IMG/VR virus record: IMGVR_UViG_2711768014_000011
Origin: a virus
Lineage: Duplodnaviria > Heunggongvirae > Uroviricota > Caudoviricetes
Strand: one strand, 5' to 3'
Length of the DNA: 43,933 bases
Under the pieces are notes generated by a model, which was given only the letters and a program-made list of their open reading frames with translations, was not told the origin of the DNA and searched no databases. Position 1 is the stretch's first letter, and every line of letters starts with the position of its first letter. Shown piece after piece: positions 38,452 to 43,933 of the stretch. The position numbers and the translations under genes were made by a program.

Positions 38452-38476
38452 ATAGCCTGCGTATGGCGCAGGCTAT
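38452..38476 (+). other. Strong perfect hairpin between racC and recE (possible attenuator or processing site)
   Basis: ATAGCCTGCG-tatgg-CGCAGGCTAT, 10-bp perfect stem; no U-run on the plus strand. Confidence 0.3.
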
Positions 38477-38547
38477 GAACAGTGTGTATCCGGCAAGATC
38501 ATTCACTGAACAAAACGAATTTTAATCTGAGTTGAGGTTAAAAAACA

Positions 38548-41148
38548 ATGAGCACAAAACCACTCTTCCTGTTACGGAAAGCGAAAAAATCATCCGGTGA
38601 ACCTGACGTCGTCCTGTGGGCAAGCAACGATTTTGAATCGACCTGTGCCACTCTGGACTACCTGATCGTTAAGTCAGGTAAAAAACTGAGCAGCTATTTT
38701 AAAGCTGTTGCCACGAATTTTCCTGTCGTTAATGACCTGCCCGCTGAAGGTGAGATCGATTTTACCTGGAGTGAACGCTATCAACTCAGCAAAGACTCCA
38801 TGACATGGGAACTAAAACCGGGAGCAGCACCAGACAACGCTCACTATCAAGGCAATACCAACGTCAACGGCGAAGACATGCCTGAGATTGAGGAGAATAT
38901 GCTACTCCCAATTTCTGGCCAGGAACTGCCCATTCGTTGGCTTGCTCAACACGGCAGCGAAAAACCGGTAACGCACGTTTCACGCGACGGACTCCAGGCA
39001 TTACACATTGCTCGGGCTGAAGAACTACCGGCTGTTACTGCCCTGGCTGTTTCCCACAAAACCAGCCTGCTCGACCCGCTGGAAATTCGCGAACTCCACA
39101 AACTGGTTCGTGACACTGACAAAGTTTTCCCTAATCCTGGTAATTCAAACCTGGGACTGATAACTGCTTTTTTCGAAGCATACCTGAACGCTGACTACAC
39201 CGATCGAGGACTGCTGACAAAAGAGTGGATGAAGGGTAATCGTGTTTCACACATCACTCGCACGGCTTCCGGTGCTAATGCTGGCGGCGGAAACCTCACC
39301 GATCGCGGCGAAGGTTTCGTACACGATCTGACGTCACTGGCGCGGGACGTAGCCACTGGCGTACTGGCCCGTTCAATGGATCTGGACATCTATAACCTTC
39401 ATCCGGCACACGCTAAACGCATTGAGGAAATTATCGCTGAAAATAAACCGCCCTTTTCTGTTTTCCGCGACAAATTCATCACCATGCCTGGCGGGCTGGA
39501 TTATTCCCGCGCCATCGTGGTTGCGTCCGTAAAAGAAGCACCAATTGGGATCGAGGTCATCCCCGCGCACGTCACTGAATATCTGAACAAAGTACTGACT
39601 GAAACCGATCATGCCAACCCTGATCCGGAAATCGTGGATATTGCCTGCGGTCGCTCCTCTGCCCCGATGCCGCAGCGAGTAACAGAAGAAGGAAAACAGG
39701 ATGATGAAGAAAAACCGCAACCATCTGGAACAACGGCAGTTGAACAGGGAGAGGCTGAAACAATGGAACCGGACGCAACTGAACATCATCAGGACACGCA
39801 GCCGCTGGATGCTCAGTCACAGGTAAATTCTGTTGATGCGAAATATCAGGAACTGCGGGCAGAACTCCATGAAGCCCGGAAAAACATTCCATCAAAAAAT
39901 CCTGTCGATGCCGATAAATTGCTTGCTGCATCACGTGGTGAATTTGTTGACGGAATTAGCGACCCGAACGATCCGAAATGGGTAAAGGGGATCCAGACTC
40001 GCGATTGTGTGTACCAGAACCAGCCAGAAACGGAAAAAACCAGCCCGGATATGAATCAACCTGAGCCAGTAGTGCAACAGGAACCGGAAATAGCCTGCAA
40101 TGCCTGCGGCCAGACTGGCGGGGATAACTGCCCTGACTGTGGTGCGGTGATGGGCGACGCAACATACCAGGAAACATTCGATGAAGAGAGTCAGGTTGAA
40201 GCTAAGGAAAATGATCCGGAGGAAATGGAAGGCGCTGAACATCCGCACAATGAGAATGCTGGCAGCGATCCGCATCGCGATTGCAGTGATGAAACTGGCG
40301 AAGTCGCAGATCCCGTAATCGTAGAAGACATAGAGCCAGGTATTTATTACGGAATTTCGAATGAGAATTACCACGCGGGTCCCGGTGTCAGTAAGTCTCA
40401 GCTCGATGACATTGCTGATACTCCGGCACTGTATTTGTGGCGTAAAAATGCCCCCGTGGACACCACAAAGACAAAAACGCTCGATTTAGGAACCGCTTTC
40501 CACTGCCGGGTACTTGAGCCGGAAGAATTCAGTAACCGCTTTATCGTAGCACCTGAATTTAACCGCCGGACAAACTCCGGAAAAGAAGAAGAGAAAGCGT
40601 TTCTGAGGGAATGCGCAAGCACAGGAAAAACGGTTATCACTGCCGAAGAAGGCCGGAAAATTGAACTCATGTATCAGAGCGTTATGGCTTTGCCGCTGGG
40701 GCAATGGCTTGTTGAAAGCGCCGGACACGCTGAATCATCAATTTACTGGGAAGATCCTGAAACAGCAATTTTGTGTCGGTGCCGTCCGGACAAAATTATC
40801 CCTGAATTTCACTGGATCATGGACGTGAAAACTACGGCGGATATTCAACGATTCAAAACCGCTTATTACGACTACCGCTATCACGTTCAGGATGCATTCT
40901 ACAGTGACGGTTATGAAGCACAGTTTGGAGTGCAGCCAACTTTCGTTTTTCTGGTTGCCAGCACAACTATTGAATGCGGACGTTATCCGGTTGAAATTTT
41001 CATGATGGGCGAAGAAGCAAAACTGGCAGGTCAGCTGGAATATCACCGCAATCTGCGAACCCTGGCTGACTGCCTCAATACCGATGAATGGCCAGCTATT
41101 AAGACGTTATCACTGCCCCGCTGGGCTAAGGAATATGCAAATGACTAA
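38548..41148 (+). CDS. recE: Exodeoxyribonuclease VIII, RecE
   Basis: 866 aa, N-terminus [41 protein letters not shown] through C-terminus [10 protein letters not shown]; matches recalled K-12 RecE. Confidence 0.95.
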   Translation: MSTKPLFLLRKAKKSSGEPDVVLWASNDFESTCATLDYLIVKSGKKLSSYFKAVATNFPVVNDLPAEGEIDFTWSERYQLSKDSMTWELKPGAAPDNAHYQGNTNVNGEDMPEIEENMLLPISGQELPIRWLAQHGSEKPVTHVSRDGLQALHIARAEELPAVTALAVSHKTSLLDPLEIRELHKLVRDTDKVFPNPGNSNLGLITAFFEAYLNADYTDRGLLTKEWMKGNRVSHITRTASGANAGGGNLTDRGEGFVHDLTSLARDVATGVLARSMDLDIYNLHPAHAKRIEEIIAENKPPFSVFRDKFITMPGGLDYSRAIVVASVKEAPIGIEVIPAHVTEYLNKVLTETDHANPDPEIVDIACGRSSAPMPQRVTEEGKQDDEEKPQPSGTTAVEQGEAETMEPDATEHHQDTQPLDAQSQVNSVDAKYQELRAELHEARKNIPSKNPVDADKLLAASRGEFVDGISDPNDPKWVKGIQTRDCVYQNQPETEKTSPDMNQPEPVVQQEPEIACNACGQTGGDNCPDCGAVMGDATYQETFDEESQVEAKENDPEEMEGAEHPHNENAGSDPHRDCSDETGEVADPVIVEDIEPGIYYGISNENYHAGPGVSKSQLDDIADTPALYLWRKNAPVDTTKTKTLDLGTAFHCRVLEPEEFSNRFIVAPEFNRRTNSGKEEEKAFLRECASTGKTVITAEEGRKIELMYQSVMALPLGQWLVESAGHAESSIYWEDPETAILCRCRPDKIIPEFHWIMDVKTTADIQRFKTAYYDYRYHVQDAFYSDGYEAQFGVQPTFVFLVASTTIECGRYPVEIFMMGEEAKLAGQLEYHRNLRTLADCLNTDEWPAIKTLSLPRWAKEYAND

Positions 41149-41950
41149 GCAACCACCAATCGCAAAAGCCGATCTGCAAAAAACTCAGGGAAACCGTGCA
41201 CCAGCAGCAATTAAAAATAACGACGTGATTAGTTTTATTAACCAGCCATCAATGAAAGAGCAACTGGCAGCAGCTCTTCCACGCCATATGACGGCTGAAC
41301 GTATGATCCGTATCGCCACCACAGAAATTCGTAAAGTTCCGGCGTTAGGAAACTGTGACACTATGAGTTTTGTCAGTGCAATCGTACAGTGTTCACAGCT
41401 CGGACTTGAGCCCGGTAGCGCCCTCGGTCATGCATATTTACTGCCTTTTGGTAATAAAAACGAAAAGAGCGGTAAAAAAAACGTTCAGCTAATCATTGGC
41501 TATCGCGGCATGATTGATCTGGCTCGCCGTTCAGGTCAAATCGCCAGCCTGTCAGCCCGTGTTGTCCGTGAAGGTGACGAGTTTAATTTCGAATTTGGCC
41601 TTGATGAAAAGTTAATACACCGCCCAGGAGAAAACGAAGATGCCCCTGTTACCCACGTCTATGCTGTCGCAAGACTGAAAGACGGAGGTACTCAGTTTGA
41701 AGTTATGACGCGCAAACAGATTGAGCTGGTGCGCAGCCAGAGTAAAGCTGGTAATAACGGGCCGTGGGTAACTCACTGGGAAGAAATGGCAAAGAAAACG
41801 GCTATTCGTCGCCTGTTCAAATATCTGCCCGTATCAATTGAGATCCAGCGTGCAGTATCAATGGATGAAAAGGAACCACTGACAATCGATCCTGCAGATT
41901 CCTCTGTATTAACCGGGGAATACAGTGTAATCGATAATTCAGAGGAATAA
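41141..41950 (+). CDS. recT: Recombination/annealing protein RecT
   Basis: 269 aa from [23 protein letters not shown]; ATG overlaps the recE stop; matches recalled K-12 RecT. Confidence 0.95.
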   Translation: MTKQPPIAKADLQKTQGNRAPAAIKNNDVISFINQPSMKEQLAAALPRHMTAERMIRIATTEIRKVPALGNCDTMSFVSAIVQCSQLGLEPGSALGHAYLLPFGNKNEKSGKKNVQLIIGYRGMIDLARRSGQIASLSARVVREGDEFNFEFGLDEKLIHRPGENEDAPVTHVYAVARLKDGGTQFEVMTRKQIELVRSQSKAGNNGPWVTHWEEMAKKTAIRRLFKYLPVSIEIQRAVSMDEKEPLTIDPADSSVLTGEYSVIDNSEE

Positions 41951-42005
41951 TTCAGCCTGGCGGTGTAATGCACCGCCAACTTGAAATATTTTTATGAGAA
42001 AAATT

Positions 42006-42155
42006 ATGAGATATGACAATGTTAAACCATGTCCATTTTGTGGTTGTCCATCAGTAACGGTGAAAGCCATTTCAGGATATTACCGAGCGAAGTGTAACGG
42101 ATGCGAATCCCGAACCGGTTATGGTGGAAGTGAAAAAGAAGCACTCGAACGATGA
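42006..42155 (+). CDS. ralR: RalR / Lar-family restriction-alleviation protein and type I toxin, truncated to 49 aa by an in-frame TGA
   Basis: MRYDNVKPCPFCGCPSVTVKAISGYYRAKCNGCESRTGYGGSEKEALER then TGA at 42153-42155; the next 14 in-frame codons (NKRTTGNNNGGVHV, stop at 42198-42200) equal the recalled K-12 RalR C-terminus that follows a Trp codon. Confidence 0.7.
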   Translation: MRYDNVKPCPFCGCPSVTVKAISGYYRAKCNGCESRTGYGGSEKEALER

Positions 42156-42192
42156 AATAAACGAACCACTGGAAATAATAATGGAGGTGTTC

Positions 42193-42381
42193 ATGTATAA
42201 AATTACCGCCACTATTGAAAAGGAAGGTGGCACTCCTACTAACTGGACAAGATATTCAAAATCTAAACTAACGAAATCAGAATGCGAAAAAATGCTCTCA
42301 GGTAAAAAAGAAGCAGGCGTTTCCAGAGAGCAGAAAGTAAAACTGATAAATTTTAATTGCGAGAAACTTCAGTCCTCGTGA
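42193..42381 (+). CDS. rcbA: RcbA (YdaC)
   Basis: MYKITATIEKEGGTPTNWTRYSKSKLTKSECEKMLSGKKEAGVSREQKVKLINFNCEKLQSS; SD GGAGGTG 3 nt upstream; between ralR and xis as in K-12; longer upstream starts are possible. Confidence 0.65.
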   Translation: MYKITATIEKEGGTPTNWTRYSKSKLTKSECEKMLSGKKEAGVSREQKVKLINFNCEKLQSS

Positions 42382-42480
42382 ATTGCATTGTATTCAAATT
42401 AAAACTTCATAGCTGATTATTAATAATCAACATCGGGCGTCAATTTAAGTCTAACATTGGCGCCTGCCAGAGGTGATGCG

Positions 42481-42696
42481 ATGGCACAAGTAATCTTTAA
42501 TGAAGAGTGGATGGTTGAATACGGCCTGATGCTTCGCACTGGTCTGGGGGCCAGACAAATTGAAGCATACCGCCAGAACTGTTGGGTGGAAGGCTTCCAC
42601 TTCAAACGAGTATCTCCTTTAGGGAAGCCAGACAGTAAGCGAGGGATTATCTGGTATAACTATCCAAAGATAAATCAGTTTATCAAAGACTCATGA
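42481..42696 (+). CDS. xisR: Excisionase XisR (YdaQ)
   Basis: 71 aa [44 protein letters not shown]...; stop abuts the integrase start. Confidence 0.8.
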   Translation: MAQVIFNEEWMVEYGLMLRTGLGARQIEAYRQNCWVEGFHFKRVSPLGKPDSKRGIIWYNYPKINQFIKDS

Positions 42697-42697
42697 T

Positions 42698-43933
42698 ATG
42701 TCTAAATTACCAACAGGTGTCGAGATTCGAGGTAAATACATTCGCATCTGGTTCATGTTTCGAGGAAAACGATGTCGGGAAACATTGAAAGGCTGGGAGG
42801 TTACTAACAGTAACATTAAAAAAGCCGGGAATTTAAGAGCGTTGATAGTTCATGAAATCAATTCCGGTGAGTTTGAGTATTTAAGACGTTTTCCCCAGTC
42901 CAGCACTGGGGCAAAAATGGTGACAACGAGGGTCATAAAAACGTTCGGGGAGCTTTGTGATATCTGGACAAAAATTAAAGAAACAGAGTTAACAACAAAC
43001 ACAATGAAGAAAACGAAATCACAATTAAAAACACTCAGGATAATAATTTGTGAGAGTACTCCGATATCGCATATTCGTTATAGCGATATCTTAAACTACC
43101 GGAATGAACTGCTGCATGGAGAAACGCTTTACCTGGATAATCCAAGATCCAACAAAAAAGGAAGAACCGTGCGCACAGTTGATAACTATATCGCCCTGCT
43201 CTGTTCGTTGTTACGTTTTGCGTATCAGTCGGGATTTATATCAACCAAACCATTTGAAGGAGTAAAGAAATTACAGAGAAACAGAATAAAGCCTGACCCG
43301 TTATCTAAAACAGAATTCAATGCATTAATGGAAAGTGAAAAAGGACAGAGCCAGAACTTGTGGAAATTTGCCGTATACTCCGGGCTTCGTCACGGGGAAC
43401 TGGCTGCTCTGGCGTGGGAGGATGTGGATTTCGAGAAGGGAGTTGTGAATGTCAGAAGAAACCTGACGATACTGGATATGTTCGGTCCCCCAAAAACAAA
43501 TGCGGGGATCCGGACGGTAACACTACTGCAGCCTGCTCTTGAAGCACTGAAGGAGCAATACAAACTGACCGGGCATCATCGCAAAAGCGAAATCACTTTT
43601 TATCATCGGGAGTACGGCAGAACCGAAAAGCAAAAACTGCATTTTGTTTTCATGCCCAGAGTGTGTAACGGAAAACAGAAACCTTATTACTCGGTAAGCA
43701 GTTTGGGTGCGAGATGGAATGCAGCAGTAAAACGTGCTGGTATTCGCCGCCGTAATCCGTACCATACGCGGCATACTTTTGCCTGCTGGCTGTTGACGGC
43801 AGGAGCGAACCCGGCGTTTATAGCCAGCCAGATGGGGCATGAAACTGCGCAGATGGTGTATGAAATTTACGGTATGTGGATTGATGACATGAACGACGAA
43901 CAGGTAGCCATGTTGAATGCGCGGTTATCGTAG
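42698..43933 (+). CDS. intR: Tyrosine integrase IntR
   Basis: 411 aa; catalytic-domain motifs RHGELAALAWEDVD and HTRHTFACWLLTAGANPAFIASQMGHETAQMVYEIYGMW; stop TAG is the last codon of the window. Confidence 0.95.
   Translation: MSKLPTGVEIRGKYIRIWFMFRGKRCRETLKGWEVTNSNIKKAGNLRALIVHEINSGEFEYLRRFPQSSTGAKMVTTRVIKTFGELCDIWTKIKETELTTNTMKKTKSQLKTLRIIICESTPISHIRYSDILNYRNELLHGETLYLDNPRSNKKGRTVRTVDNYIALLCSLLRFAYQSGFISTKPFEGVKKLQRNRIKPDPLSKTEFNALMESEKGQSQNLWKFAVYSGLRHGELAALAWEDVDFEKGVVNVRRNLTILDMFGPPKTNAGIRTVTLLQPALEALKEQYKLTGHHRKSEITFYHREYGRTEKQKLHFVFMPRVCNGKQKPYYSVSSLGARWNAAVKRAGIRRRNPYHTRHTFACWLLTAGANPAFIASQMGHETAQMVYEIYGMWIDDMNDEQVAMLNARLS

Larger units (their letters stand above)
1..43933. mobile_element. 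Rac-like lambdoid prophage interior (structural, lysis, replication, immunity and recombination modules; no att site in window)
   Basis: Contiguous lambdoid gene order ending in xis-int; RecE/RecT/RacC/KilR/SieB/RacR/YdaS/T/U/TrkG/Rz proteins match recalled E. coli K-12 Rac sequences; tail genes match recalled lambda J/I/K/L. Confidence 0.9.

Noticed and set aside
41959-41977. Hairpin GGCGGTG-taatg-CACCGCC between recT and ralR, considered as a terminator or part of the RalA antitoxin sRNA
   Set aside because: No adjacent U-run on either strand, and I cannot place the RalA transcript from sequence alone.
1-43933. Scan for tRNA genes, CRISPR arrays and IS elements
   Set aside because: No tRNA-like conserved T-arm/acceptor pattern, no regularly spaced direct repeats and no transposase-like ORF seen by eye; a proper tRNAscan or CRISPR-finder run would be needed to exclude them formally.

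Overview
The whole 43.9 kb window lies inside an intact Rac-like lambdoid prophage of Escherichia coli; neither attachment site is in view. Reading left to right: lambda-like tail genes on the minus strand (J partial, I, K, L, M, tape measure, G/G-T chaperone, major tail), head-tail connector genes, capsid, scaffold, MuF-like minor head protein, portal, large and small terminase, a ParB-like/GT-A-like gene pair, the trkG potassium-transporter cargo gene, the lysis cassette (Rz/Rz1, SAR endolysin, pinholin), a moron interval with two TolA-domain-III-like lipoproteins, Q-like antiterminator, nin-region genes, an AT-rich cargo island, replication genes ydaU/ydaV, the immunity switch (ydaT, ydaS, racR), then the plus-strand early-left operon (ydaG, ydaF, kilR, ydaE, racC, recE, recT, ralR, rcbA, xisR, intR) with sieB opposed. 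The most interesting candidates are: (1) an AT-rich two-gene cassette at 30002-32041 with HEPN-like and GNAT-like motifs; (2) the tandem TolA-like lipoproteins between Q and the holin; (3) a TGA stop truncating RalR to 49 aa; (4) a yeaR-like moron behind a near-consensus NsrR-type operator. Five N-masked blocks interrupt J, I, K, the endolysin and ydaV. All identifications rest on reading the sequence and on recalled protein sequences; no database search was run. Several protein-level similarity calls were made from long remembered sequences and should be treated as recollection pending a real alignment.
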